Shown here: positions 11,504 through 23,755 of the stretch, in pieces
Position numbering within the stretch: the stretch's first letter is position 1
Layout of the letters: the number at the start of each line of letters is the position of its first letter
Assembly: GCA_964019425.1 (NCBI GenBank)
Contig: OZ025798.1
Coordinates: 1,116,001-1,180,000 of the forward strand
Source of the DNA: Flectonema sp. DT1601
Lineage: Eukaryota
Direction: 5' to 3'
Length of the DNA stretch: 64,000 nucleotides
Notes under the pieces: model-generated
Database searches by the model: none
What the model was told of the DNA's origin: nothing
The model's input: the letters and a program-made list of their open reading frames with translations, nothing else
Made by a program: the position numbers and the translations under genes

Positions 11504-12109
11504 ATATTGTTTTTTTATTCCCATTTTTTTGTTTTTCACGAGTTACGAAAACGATTAAAAAAAATTTTTTTTCCAGTAAAAAAAAAACCAAAAAAAAAAA
11601 AAAAGAAATAAAAACCAAAGTGTTGGCCCCTAACACTATTTCCACGAGCCACAATTATGGCTATTTGCCTGCTAGCAAACCAGTGTTACAGCAGGACCCG
11701 TTAAATATGATTCATAGAGTAATCCCATGTGGCCTGTTGCTAGCCACTTAGAACCCGAGAAAAATAAGAATTAAGGTAAAAAAAAATATAGTGTTTTTAA
11801 AAAAAAAAAAAAAAAGAAAAGAAAAGGGTAATGGGTCCTTTCACTTGATAGGTCTCTTCTTTTTTTTTTTTTTTTTTTCATCTTCTTTTCTTTTTTTTTT
11901 TTTTTCTTTTTGCCGTAACCAACTAACAACTTTTACTAATGAAGAATTATTTATTATACTGGTTCGAGATTTATTTCTTTTTATAAAATGTTTTCTCAAT
12001 CAGGTTACACATCAATGGAAGGTTTGACAACACACACAACGATTGATCACAACGCGTTCTATAATCAAATACTTTTCATATATTAATCCAGGGGATAGGT
12101 ATCTATAAA

Positions 12110-15052
12110 ATGTTAGGTAAGGATCGAAAGGGAAGTGTGCTTGAGAGGAAGCAGTCGATGGCGAGTACCGGAAATTCAAAGGAAGCAGTGCGAGTCATGA
12201 CGAGAGTACGTCCATTTAACTCACGTGAATTGGGAGGAACAGACATCGCTTCATTCCCCAACTCAATGATCTGTATGGATGGTAACATGGTTCATGTTGT
12301 AGACGACGCTGGTAATGTAAAAGACTCATTTGAATTTCATGAGTGTTTTTGGTCAATTCCTGACAGTCAAAAGCAATACAGCACCAACGAATTCGCTGAC
12401 CAAGTTGCCGTTTATGAGAAGACTGGTGTCATTGCTGTTGAGTCAGCTCTTAAAGGATACCATTGTTGTATCTTTGCGTATGGTCAAACAGGTTCTGGAA
12501 AAACTTACTCTATGCTTGGTAGTGAGAGTGACCCAGGTATCGCGCCCCGTATTGTTGATGATCTGTTCTCTGAAGTAGAAAAGCTTCAAGGGAAAAATGG
12601 TTACTTATATTCAATTAGTATCTCTTTTATGGAAATTTACAACGAGAAGTGCAAGGATCTTCTTCTTGAGGAATTCGACTTTGAGCATCCCGACAAAAAG
12701 AAACCGAAAAAAAGACGCAAGCCTTCAATGAACAAAAGAGGATCTACTGCATCAGGAGATCCAGGTACCCCAATGACTGGAGGCTCAACTGGTAGTAAGT
12801 CGCCAAGACCAAAATTCCCGCCTGCATCTCCAGGAGGAAGAAAAGTTTCAGAGTTTGGAATGAAGAGACGCGGTACCTTTAAAAAGCAACATTCACATAC
12901 ACACGATGACGACGAACATGAACGTGATTTCCAAGAATTGAGAGTTCGTCATTCACCAGCTGTTGGAGTATTTGTTGAAGGGCTAACTCGTTTAGGACCT
13001 GAAGAGGGCCTAACTTGTGCTACTGACGTGAAGCGAGTCATTAAATCAGGAATGGAATATCGTGCAACAGCTGAAACCAGTATGAACCCGACTTCTAGTA
13101 GATCTCACGCAGTCTTCCAAATCCAGCTGACGGGTAAGAATCAGGCTCGTGGAGTCCAACGTTATGCGCACGTCAACTTGGTCGATCTCGCTGGTTCAGA
13201 GCGTATCAAAATGTCACAAGTAGCGGGTGCTCGTCTTGTAGAGGCTACTCGAATCAATTTATCCCTCTCCACTCTCCGTAGAGTGATTGATTGTCTCATT
13301 GAAAACGCTGTTAAAAAGAAGGGAAAGATTCTTCCACCTTACAGAGATTCGATGTTGACCTGGGTATTGTCTGAAAGTTTGGGAGGAAACTCAAAGACGA
13401 TGATGTTGGCAACAATCTCTCCGCACGAAAGTAACTACGAAGACACAACTAATACTTTGAAGTACGCTTTGAAGGCTAAGGCTATCGTTAACAATGTCAG
13501 AGTTAACGAAGAGAAGGCGAGTGTTTTAGTATCAGCGATGCAGGCACAGATTCAAGCGCTCCGCGTACAGATGGACGAAGAGGGAGAAGGTAACTGCGAG
13601 GACTTGGAACAAGAAATTCAAGACCGCGAAACCGAAATGCAGGAAATTGAATGCGGTATGGAAGCCGTGGCATCAGAAGTTGCTCAAACCGAAACACGTC
13701 TCAAGCAGGCCAGAGTTGAGGCTGGAAAGAAGCAGAGAGAAGTTGATACTTTAAAGGCCGAAGGGTTAGAAGAAAAACACGTCTTTGAATCCTCGAGAGT
13801 GATGGAAGTTACTGACGCTCTACAAGTCGAGCAGGAGAGAGTGCAAGAGAAAGCTGAGGAAGCTAAGCGTGCTGAGCAATTGAAGGAACGCGAGGAGCAG
13901 AAGCGTTCTGAAGCAGAAAAAGTAAAAGATGAAATTGATCAGAGACAAAAGTTGTACACAAATGAGGTCCTTCACACTCGTAGAAAGCAGTTTCAATGGG
14001 CATTTCAGGCGGCATTCATGAAGGTGAGAGCAAACGTTAAGTTCGATGCCGTTAAGCACGACCTGCGAAATCTGACTTCTGTCACTTCTCAGATTAACGC
14101 TGATATTGAAAAGAAGGGAGAACTTGTTGATTACGTTAATAGACAAAATGATCACTTTAAAGAGAAACTCCGCAGAATTGAAAACGAAATAGAAATAACA
14201 ACGACGACCAAGGTATCAGAAGAAAAGAGAACTGAAGGAATTGTTCAACTGATGCAAGACGAGAATAAAGTAATTCTTGATGAGGATAATACTCTTATTA
14301 AAACTCTTGATAAGAAGATCACTGAGCTGAACACTTTAAAAGATGAATTCCAGCGTATCAGTAAACAACACGATGCCACAATTAGAAACCTCCGCGCAAA
14401 GGTTGACACCGCTGAGAAAGAAACTGCCGCCAAGGAAGAACTCTACTCTGAACTCGAACGCCAACTGTTCCTCATCAACAAGGAAACTACTTCGCTGAAA
14501 ACTGAAATCCAACAAATGAGATCTGCTAAGGAGCTTATGAACGCCTCTATCAGATCAAAGAGGAGTGAAGCCGCACTTCTCAGCGAAGAAAATGATAGCA
14601 GCGATGCACTTCTTGTTTCGTTTACTACGAAACTAAACATTGACAGAAGTGAACTTGATATCCTGAGAGATAATTTGATGGGCTCACAGGCATCAGCAAA
14701 GGCTTGGCAAGAGAAACACAAGGAGTTGAAGGAGAGTATTTCCCACAGATATTTCCCAGCATCGCAGACTCGATCACTCACTGCTGGGACTGTTGCGATG
14801 TCGAGGTCGGGATCTCCAACGAGATTTCGCTCTCCAACGAGAGAGAGAGAGTGGGTTGGAGACACTCTGCATTACGCAACTTCGCGTACCCTTTCTCCGC
14901 CAAAACCACCTATGCCTAGCAGATCTCCTTCCCCAGGGATGGTGCGAAAGACTTCTCCAAAGAGATCAGTATCTCCAATGATGACTCCTCTTGAACACAG
15001 GCACAACAGCGCCCTCTACCCTCCTCCACGTTACGCAGGAAGAATCCGTTAG
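12110..15052 (+). CDS. Kinesin with N-terminal motor (kinesin-3-like) and long coiled-coil stalk
   Basis: P-loop GQTGSGKT, switch I NPTSSRSH, switch II DLAGSE, PYRDSMLT and LGGNSKT; heptad-rich stalk; Ser/Pro/Arg-rich tail. Confidence 0.95.
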   Translation: MLGKDRKGSVLERKQSMASTGNSKEAVRVMTRVRPFNSRELGGTDIASFPNSMICMDGNMVHVVDDAGNVKDSFEFHECFWSIPDSQKQYSTNEFADQVAVYEKTGVIAVESALKGYHCCIFAYGQTGSGKTYSMLGSESDPGIAPRIVDDLFSEVEKLQGKNGYLYSISISFMEIYNEKCKDLLLEEFDFEHPDKKKPKKRRKPSMNKRGSTASGDPGTPMTGGSTGSKSPRPKFPPASPGGRKVSEFGMKRRGTFKKQHSHTHDDDEHERDFQELRVRHSPAVGVFVEGLTRLGPEEGLTCATDVKRVIKSGMEYRATAETSMNPTSSRSHAVFQIQLTGKNQARGVQRYAHVNLVDLAGSERIKMSQVAGARLVEATRINLSLSTLRRVIDCLIENAVKKKGKILPPYRDSMLTWVLSESLGGNSKTMMLATISPHESNYEDTTNTLKYALKAKAIVNNVRVNEEKASVLVSAMQAQIQALRVQMDEEGEGNCEDLEQEIQDRETEMQEIECGMEAVASEVAQTETRLKQARVEAGKKQREVDTLKAEGLEEKHVFESSRVMEVTDALQVEQERVQEKAEEAKRAEQLKEREEQKRSEAEKVKDEIDQRQKLYTNEVLHTRRKQFQWAFQAAFMKVRANVKFDAVKHDLRNLTSVTSQINADIEKKGELVDYVNRQNDHFKEKLRRIENEIEITTTTKVSEEKRTEGIVQLMQDENKVILDEDNTLIKTLDKKITELNTLKDEFQRISKQHDATIRNLRAKVDTAEKETAAKEELYSELERQLFLINKETTSLKTEIQQMRSAKELMNASIRSKRSEAALLSEENDSSDALLVSFTTKLNIDRSELDILRDNLMGSQASAKAWQEKHKELKESISHRYFPASQTRSLTAGTVAMSRSGSPTRFRSPTREREWVGDTLHYATSRTLSPPKPPMPSRSPSPGMVRKTSPKRSVSPMMTPLEHRHNSALYPPPRYAGRIR

Positions 15053-16701
15053 TTGGTATACATGACTATAGAGGTGGTGGATCTTTTGGTAACGTTCTGA
15101 ATGATGACTTGCGTATTTTCTTGTTCATTTTTTTTTTTCCTTTTTTTTTCCTCTTGTCTCCCCCTTTTTTTTAAGCGCGCGATGGTTGGGCAACAAAGAG
15201 CTTCGCGCACATAGATCGCATTAGTTAAAGTTAATGATACTTAAGAAGCAGGAAAAAAAAAAAAAAAAAAAAAACAAGTCAACCACAACTATTCCACAGC
15301 GAAGAAACCACGCGGGCTTTGAATGGTACTATTGGTGTTGTATGAGCTCGAAAGAAACTGCAAGGAGGAAAGAAAAAGAATGGAAAAAAAATAAAAAAAT
15401 AGTAGTTTGCGCTTTAATTAGAGTTTTAGACCAAAATCAAGGTGTTGCTCGGTAAGTTTGCTGAAAGCAAAAATAGATCATCCCACTTAGACTGTTGTCA
15501 GCCTCGGAAACAGAAAAGTCATACGCTTTGTTAGTTCTAGGTTTGACATGTAAAGCTTTTTTTTTAATTTGTTTATCTTTACTTCTTGTTACTCATGGCG
15601 AGAAGTAGTTTTTTATTAAAACCGATTTTGTCTTTGGAATGTTGCTAAAAAAAATATGCCGTTCTTTAGAAAAAAAAAAAAGGATCACTTTTTGTTGTTG
15701 CTGGTCGCAATACTTGTTTTCTGTGGTATCTGCCTTTTTCTTTTCTTTTTTCTTGTCTTGTTTGATGTTAATTCATGTCACCCCTTTTCATTTTTTTCAT
15801 AGAACATTATTCTTCATTTTGATTAGAAAATGAGAAAAGAAAAAAGAAGAAAAAAAATGAGGGGAAAAAAATAGTAGTGTACTTCTCACTATTACTTTTT
15901 TGTCCCATCTTTTTTTTCTTTTTTCTTCTTTCTTTTTTTTTTTCTCTTTTCTTTTTCTCTTTGTTCGTTCCCCTTCCCCAGGTATGTATGTTTATTGGTT
16001 CTCTTTTCTTTGTTTGTTTTCCCCCAAAGCCCCCTCTACGTGAAAACCCCCCCCCTACCTACCGTTAAGCATTGTAAATACAGGTTGGTTTTGTTGTATT
16101 TTCATTTCTGATATATAAAAAAGAAAAAAAATCAGAAAGAAATACTAACACGAATCTAGTCCTGTTATCGAAGAAGAAGGGACGTGTATTTTACAATGTT
16201 TACTCTGAAGGGTGAAAAAGTATTTTTTCTGAGAGGGGAAAAAAAGAAAAAGACAGAAAAGCTAGTAGCCTATTTTTAAAAAAAAAAAGAAGAAAAAAAA
16301 AGTGGAAGAAAAAAAGGGAAACAAAATACTAGAGAGTAAGCCTCTCAGTTTTTGAATTCTTAATTTTATTTAATGGCTTCAGGAAGAAAATGTGAAAAGA
16401 AACCAGATATGTGAATGGGAAAAAAAAAAAAAAAAAAGAAAAAAAAAAGAAAACTATGTGCGATGAGAATAGAAAAACAGAAGAAGATTCAAAGAAGAAG
16501 AAAAAAAATAAAGTGATTGCTCAAAAGCTTTCAGAAAAAAAGAAAACAGTGTGGGAAGCCGGTGTCTCAACTCAACCCCATTTCACCGACACTTCCGAAA
16601 ATTTTCCAGAATACCAATTATTGGTTTGACGCTCGGCTCAATTAGGTAGTAATAATATTTACTTTACAATAATACTTTCCCTGTTCAGCAACAAACGTTG
16701 G

Positions 16702-17853
16702 ATGGGTTCGGGAACTGACTCCAGAGATGGAAGCAGAGGAGGATTAGAGACTACTGGAGAATGGATTGCCACACCAGATATTTCAGGAATCTCAGAAAAT
16801 AGTCTCCGAGACTTAAACATCTCTTCTGAAGGTGGTGACGTAATAGCTAAACGTCAACACGCATGGGATCGTGTTCAAAAACGACTCGCAGACAGCGACC
16901 AACGAAGTGACGACTTAATCGCCGCTCTCAGCAGTTGTGGTGGAAGCAGCAGACGCACAACCCCACTCCCGAGTCCTTCTCATAAGAGTACACCTCGTCA
17001 TGTTATAACATCTCCGACATTCATTATTAGTGAGAACAATAGAACTGCATTTAAGAAATCCAGCGACGGAAAGGAAAAGGAATCCGAGTTCTGCAGCGTG
17101 TCTTCGCAGTCGAGAGTTAGTTTAGCCGACAAAGTTGAGGAGTGGAAGCGGTTTGCAAAGAAGATTCACGGAGATGATAATCCTCAAGAAACTGTGAATG
17201 TAGCTGGTCGAAGGAGTGTTCAAGACCCTCGTAGTGCTCCTCAACGTAGTAGGTCAGCAGTAGTCAAAAAGTCATCATCGATGTTGCCGCATCCATTTAG
17301 TAGCGCGAGATTTCCTGACACAGCGCGGGAGTTTCTCTGTACTGAGTACGAGGGAGCATCGAACCGAATTCAAAAAGTTGAACACGTCCTCAAAAATATC
17401 TTCGTCAGGAGAAAATTTGCGAAGGAACATGACCGATGTTTAGACGTCGCTCGCAATGGTTGGGAACCTCTCCCGACCAGGGGAAGAGTTGGCGCCACTC
17501 CGGTAATTGCTGCAGACAAGATGGACCGAAACATGCGTAAAAGACAGCGATACCAGAGGCAGGCAAAGCGCCTTGAAGAGATCAGGAAAGCCGAACTCGA
17601 GAACTTGGAATACACGCGCGTCAAAATAGTAAAGAAGAATCAAGTTGCTGAGGACGTCTCAAACAACCGACAAGTGTGGAAATCTATTGTACACTCAGCA
17701 GCACAATCTTGTAGTGGTCATAGAGATGATCTTCAAACTGCTTCTTATTTCCACTTAGCAAACGGAGAAGCTCTAAGTCGTTCTATAATGACAAATAAAC
17801 TTATTCTTTCTGAGCCAAGACTTCCTGTTGCCTATCAATATTACGTTGGGTAA
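16702..17853 (+). CDS. Hypothetical basic, partly coiled-coil protein
   Basis: 383-aa ORF; pyrimidine-rich acceptor TACTTTCCCTGTTCAG ends at 16688. Confidence 0.7.
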   Translation: MGSGTDSRDGSRGGLETTGEWIATPDISGISENSLRDLNISSEGGDVIAKRQHAWDRVQKRLADSDQRSDDLIAALSSCGGSSRRTTPLPSPSHKSTPRHVITSPTFIISENNRTAFKKSSDGKEKESEFCSVSSQSRVSLADKVEEWKRFAKKIHGDDNPQETVNVAGRRSVQDPRSAPQRSRSAVVKKSSSMLPHPFSSARFPDTAREFLCTEYEGASNRIQKVEHVLKNIFVRRKFAKEHDRCLDVARNGWEPLPTRGRVGATPVIAADKMDRNMRKRQRYQRQAKRLEEIRKAELENLEYTRVKIVKKNQVAEDVSNNRQVWKSIVHSAAQSCSGHRDDLQTASYFHLANGEALSRSIMTNKLILSEPRLPVAYQYYVG

Positions 17854-18425
17854 CATCAGATGGATGTTGTTAGTGTAACTCAATTCGAGTTAAGTTTTCA
17901 CGTCAATCCAACTGTAATACAATTCTGTTTAAGCAGATTGGAGCTGCAATCTGCTATCACCTGATATCATTTCGGTTTTATTTTGAGTTTTTATTGCTTT
18001 GACTTCGTTTAATCTGCTGGCAATGAACAGTTTTATATGTCGAATTGAAGTAGCATGTTTGTTGGTTTCAATCGTTTGTAGTCATTCTTTTTATTCTCAG
18101 TGGCCTGTTACTCGTTTCTTTTTTTTATATTTTTTTCTCAGTCATACTTACACTTTTTGTCTCTGAGACACAAGCTGATGAACTGTCGACTTTGTTTTTT
18201 GTGCATTTCGCGCAGTTGTTTCGTTTTTTACTAAATATGTATTTTTATAACAAAACTGGTACTTTTGTTTCGGTTCCTGAGAGATTATTCTGTTTTTTCA
18301 AAAATAATCCGAAAGGTATTTTGTTCTTAACATAATTAACCTGTGCATTAGTGTTGTTAAAAAACTGTTGAATATGAAATTATTGTTTTATTTTTTTTAA
18401 AAAAAGGAATTCCCCCAGCTGAACA

Positions 18426-20318
18426 ATGGCTCACTTTGATCACGGGTCAGTCTACGCGGATCCGCATGAGAGTGCGATGGAGTTTGCTTATGAAAAGAAG
18501 AAGCATTTGACTGCAATCAGAAACTCTCCTCCTCGTTATCGTCGTCCGTTGAATCATCCTTATGATCAATCAGACTTGTCGTATTCAAAGAATGAGTTTG
18601 ACGACTTGAAGAAGTTGCACAAAACGGAAGTAGTTCATTCAGTCGAAAGATCACAAAGAAGACTTCCATTAAATTACAACTGCGACCATATTGGAATGGA
18701 TGGTCCTCCTTATCATATGTCTCAGGCAGAGTTTCAGAATGAAAAACTCGAACACATGACACCTATTCTACCACAGCGTCCAGTTAGACAACAAGAAATT
18801 AGATCTCCTTCAGAGTTCAGACACAAATCTCAAGCTGAGTTATCAAATGAGGTCAGCCATCACAAAACAGAGTTGTATCCAATTAATAGTTCAAAACCTG
18901 CGTTCAAACGTGTTGATAATTATCTGAAGTTTACTCCTTACGAAGAGGGATACCTGCACTCATCTTGTCACCAAATGAATAGAGAGAAACACGGACATTT
19001 AACTGAAATTCATAACTCACCCAGAAATGTTAGAGAGCCTCCTAAGAAGGAACCCAGTCCTGCAGATTATAATTTGCATACGTCTGTCCACACTCTTCAG
19101 GGTCAGAAGAGAATTCATCAAACAGAGTTGTTGTCTTCAAACAGAAGGAGTCGTTCTTGTAATGTGAGGGACATATCTCCGATGTATCTCTCAAATGGAA
19201 AGTTTGACTTCGACAAAAGACAACACAGAGCTACAATCAGTCAGTCTCCTCGCCGTGGTAGAGATGAAAATGAGAAGCCATCAAACGGATACACTTCTTA
19301 CCAGCATTTTTCTCACAACAAGCGAAGACACTCTGTCGCTCCTCCAACCATTCAGCCTTCTCAACGTAAGGAAAGAATTCCTCACGAGCACCACTGCGGC
19401 CACGTTAGCAACGATCGCTTTTCATCGGAGAAGCGAGTTCACGTAACCGAAATTCACAACTCAGCTCGTCGTACCAGATCAGCTGAACCAGTTAAGAGAT
19501 CGAGCAGCTGCAACTTCACTAGCAGAAGTGAATTGGAACGCGCAAAGCGTTGCCATCACATCAGTCTCGGTGGGTCAAGTCCGCAGCCAGTTTCCCCATC
19601 AAGGATCCACGCGTCGAGTGAGAGATTCGCTTCTGAGAAAAGGGTTCACCGTACGGCTGTTGGAAATATTTATACTCCACCTGAAGCTGTTGTAGTACCT
19701 CCAAATCAACAACATACTTCAGTTTCAAGATTCTCGAGTAACAAAAGACTACACAGAACTGATATTCACCCTTCTCCAAATCGTGCTGACCGCTCTGTGC
19801 AGCGCTATGAATCAGTTTCTCCTTCCCGGCTGACTTCTCAGTCAACTTTGCAAGGTGAGAAAAACAAACATTCGATTGAATTTGATAAGATCCCAATTCC
19901 ACAGGCTGCATTAACACCGCAGTCATTATCAAGTCGGAGGAGCAGCTATGATGGAGGAGTGAGGGATGTGATGAATCACCAAAAGTCCTTAAGAAGTCAT
20001 TCAAGTGAAGGAAGAAGACCATCACAAGACTTTGATATGAGAAGCAGATCTTCTGATGGTCGAAGAGTTCCATCACATGATGGTTATGAAGTTAGAAGTA
20101 GAAGTTCTGATGGAGGATCTCATCGTCATTATGATACTCGTAGTCGTAGTTCAGATGGAAGACATTATCAACAACAAGAACAACATCACCAACATCGTCA
20201 ACAACATCACAACGACGCTATCAGTAGATCAACACAACCAATTGCTGGAGCATCATCTCAACGCTCAACAAGAACTCCAAGATCACATGCCTCAAGTGAT
20301 GCTGGTCGGTATTACTAA
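18426..20318 (+). CDS. His/Ser/Arg-rich repeat protein
   Basis: 630-aa ORF with about 13 copies of S-x3-[FLM]-x3-K-x2-H and C-terminal RS[RH]SS[DE]G repeats. Confidence 0.8.
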   Translation: MAHFDHGSVYADPHESAMEFAYEKKKHLTAIRNSPPRYRRPLNHPYDQSDLSYSKNEFDDLKKLHKTEVVHSVERSQRRLPLNYNCDHIGMDGPPYHMSQAEFQNEKLEHMTPILPQRPVRQQEIRSPSEFRHKSQAELSNEVSHHKTELYPINSSKPAFKRVDNYLKFTPYEEGYLHSSCHQMNREKHGHLTEIHNSPRNVREPPKKEPSPADYNLHTSVHTLQGQKRIHQTELLSSNRRSRSCNVRDISPMYLSNGKFDFDKRQHRATISQSPRRGRDENEKPSNGYTSYQHFSHNKRRHSVAPPTIQPSQRKERIPHEHHCGHVSNDRFSSEKRVHVTEIHNSARRTRSAEPVKRSSSCNFTSRSELERAKRCHHISLGGSSPQPVSPSRIHASSERFASEKRVHRTAVGNIYTPPEAVVVPPNQQHTSVSRFSSNKRLHRTDIHPSPNRADRSVQRYESVSPSRLTSQSTLQGEKNKHSIEFDKIPIPQAALTPQSLSSRRSSYDGGVRDVMNHQKSLRSHSSEGRRPSQDFDMRSRSSDGRRVPSHDGYEVRSRSSDGGSHRHYDTRSRSSDGRHYQQQEQHHQHRQQHHNDAISRSTQPIAGASSQRSTRTPRSHASSDAGRYY

Positions 20319-20778
20319 TCCGATTCGATAAAAGAGACATGTTTTCTTCTTTTTTTCCCCATCAATTTTATGATTTTTTCTTTTTTTGTTCTCCCGTCGC
20401 AAGTGCGATTCCGATGTGTGAATGCGGCCAGCGCCGATATTCTTTTTAGTGTCCATCGACCAGAGCACAAGTTTAATTGCTTTCTATGCGATTCAAATTG
20501 TTTCATTTTCCCCAGTTAATTGTACCCCCTCTAGTCTTTTGTTGTATTTTTGTACTGCCTCTCTCATGATATAGTTTTGTGTCGTTACTGTGATGACTTT
20601 TCATCTCTTTTCAGGAAAATGGTTTTTTGAAAAAAATGTTTGGAGTGTAAAGTTACCAGCAGATATTTCATTTTGTTTTCCCCATTCTCATCTCTCAACG
20701 ATTGTGATTTGGATATTTCAGTAATTTAATTTCTATATCCCCAACAGCCAGGCAGTTTGGCAGCCTGCTTTCACAAAC

Positions 20779-23755
20779 ATGTCCGACCGTATAGGTCTAA
20801 AAGCCCGGACACAAGCTCTCGAAGCAGAGAATGAACGACTTAAGAAAGAAGGAATTGTAAGAGAAGAACAGCTTCAACAAATAAAAAAAAGATTTAGTGA
20901 CATAAGAGAAGAATTAAAGTTCTCTGGTGAGCGTCTAATCAATCCAAGTAGTCGTGATGATCAGGTCTTTGCTAAAGTCCAAGCTAAGAAATTAACATCT
21001 GCAACTGAAACAGGTACTCGTTTAAAGAAGCAGCTGGTTAAAGTTCAACAAGAACGTGACGACTACGAAGCAAAGTTACGACGAATGCAATCCTCGCAAA
21101 TTAGATGGAGAAGCACATCAGGTGAAAGGAGGACAACGAACAGACAAAATATTGATTCTGATTCAGTGGCAGTTTGGAAGAAGAAGTTTCGAGAACTAAA
21201 AGCAGAAATGACAAAGTTGCAACACCAGCAGCAAACTGATCCGAAAAAGACACCCAAAGTCCATCCAGCACTCCGAGCGTTAAAACAACGAAAAATGTTA
21301 GGAAACGTTCAACCTAATTTACTCTTTCCACAAAGTCCAGATCGGACTCACGACGAGATAGAAGTTCAAGTAATTCAATCACAACAAAGAAGTCCAGAAA
21401 AGAGTTCTTGGCCTCCTCAACGAACTCAACGACCTGTTTTAATGAATGCTTGGGTTCAAACTAAATCAGAACCAACTCAAACAAATAATAACACAATCGG
21501 ATCAGTCATATCATATGGAGAAGTTGAAGTAAGAAAAGAGAATGAAGAACTAAAAAACTTACTTCAATCTGCGATGAATTCAACGACAGGATTAGATAAT
21601 GTTGCTAAACGGTTAATTGATTCTTTAAGAAGAGAGAACGTCTCACAAAGACAACACATAGAGTCTATCACCTCAAAGCTAGAATCTATTACATCTCGTT
21701 ATAATATATTATTACACGAGCATGAGTTACTTGAAAAACAAATTGGACCATGTCAAGCAACAAACGACGACATCGCTTCACTTAAACGAGAAATTGTTGA
21801 AAAGAATGCCAAACTAATCCTGTTGGATTCTCGCTTTCAACAGGCACAGAAAGCTACTGAAAGCCTTAAGAATAACCAAGGAGATTTAATAACCGAGCTA
21901 CAGAAATTAAATAACGACTTAACAGATGCGAATGCCAAGTCTCTCGAGGCGTTGAATGCTTTGGAAGTATCAAAGATTGGAGCAAGTAGAGCTGAAGGAC
22001 TTCAAATACAACTCTCAGAGAAGGATGATGAAGTACGGTTGCTTAACATGGAAGTTGATCGCCTAATGCAAAAATGTCACACAACTAGAAGTGAAATAAC
22101 AACAGATCTCAGAGTCGAATGGGAAGAAAAATTTGAAGAGAAAAAGAAACTGCTCGAAGACAGCGAACGTAACAATAAAAAACTCTTCAGAGACGTCCAA
22201 TTAATAACCGAACAGAGAGATGAGTTTCAACAAAAACTAATAAAAACACAAGTTGAAAGAGACGTCTTAGATAGCGATGCGATTAACCTTCGAACAGAGA
22301 CGGAGTCACTCAGAGAAAGAATTAAATTATTTGGTTCAAACTCGTCTGTTGAAGATGAAGAAGATATTCATAAAGCTCTCGCTCTTGTAAAACATCATCG
22401 TAGTAAAGGAGATCCAACTGACTTGGAATTCTTAATGCGTGCTTGGGACACACCAGGTGCTGAATTAACAGATCTCAGAGCTGATAATGTTAAATTAGAA
22501 AGGGAGTTGGATCTGTCAAAGAGAATGATAGAATCTCGTAACCAACGTATCGAATATGAGATCGACAGGGCGGCAGGTCTTCGACAAGTTTCAGATGATA
22601 AAAACAATCTAATTGAAAACATGGGTGAGAGAATGCGACGACTCACAGATGAAATGTCTCGGTACAGAGGAATTGGTAAGAAACTATCAACAGATAGTGA
22701 TGTTGAAAGTATTGCTGTTGGTGATGATGAGAACGTGTTGGAGATATCAGTTGAGCATCTCATCATTTCAGATCAACACCAAACCGACACTCCAAATTCA
22801 TACTTCGTCAGCATCGACTTTTTGGATTTCGAAACCGTCACGACAGAAGTTTTGTCCGGAAATTCAGTCGTCTTTTCAAAAACCTTTTGCTTTACAATTG
22901 AAGTGTCTCCAGCACTTAGACATTACATACGTCACAATCAAGTTCCTGTTGAGCTTCACAAGGCAGAAGGATTGGGTTACAAGTCAATTGCTAAAGGAAA
23001 CATCTCTCTCGTTGACCTCCTCGCTCCAGCGTGTACTAGTCATCGATCACACTTACAGTTAGTAGATCAGAACATTGAAGAGATTGGTATCGTTGAGTTT
23101 TCTTTGAAATTGAAAACGTCGCTGCCGTCTTCGTGGATCGGTTTTGGAGCTGAAGATCAACAACCCGCTCCTTCGTTGTTGGTATTTTCATTCCGACATG
23201 TGAGGGCATTAAAATTAGTTGTTCACGAATGCAGGAATCTAAAATGCTCTTCAGACCCTATTCCATACGTGCTCGCTACTGTCACTTCTCCTGTTGTGAT
23301 AGCTGATGAAGTCTTAGGAGATGTTACTATTGAACTTCCTCACAGGATACCAGGTGCTAATCCGGTATTCCATCACTCTCATGAGTATCCAATTAAGTAT
23401 GTTTTATTTATTGTTTGTCACTTTGAGCGATGGTTGTAAGTTTCCCCTCCAAGGTCTACTACGAGGGATTTCAACAAAACAAAACAAAAACAGACTCGAC
23501 TCTGCAAAGAGCGGATACTTAGCAGCGGCGCATCTCAATTTTGTTGTTCTTGATGATGGCAGTCTGGATCCGAGAGCACCAGCAATTGGAAAAGCATCTG
23601 TTGCACTATCAAGTATGGTTGAAGACCCAAGTGCTACTCTCAACACAGTCGCAGAACTACAAGACTACGAAGGACAAGTCACTGGTCAGATTGTACTGTC
23701 CCTGAAGTGGATTAGGTCAAATGATGCAGTACCTCTTTATATTCAGGGATTATAA
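20779..23755 (+). CDS. RPGRIP1L: RPGRIP1/RPGRIP1L (fantom)-like ciliary transition-zone protein; join(20779..23396,23494..23755)
   Basis: Long coiled coil followed by C2 domains; FVSIDFLDFETVTT resembles the RPGRIP1 first-C2 signature. A 97-nt GTATGT..AACAG intron restores the frame with ORF 23321. Confidence 0.75.

Noticed and set aside
5418..16629. Intergenic ORFs rich in poly-Lys or poly-Phe (5777, 9222, 11791, 15234, 15877, 16411; also 52479, 55213, 61396)
   Set aside because: They are translations of A/T homopolymer runs.
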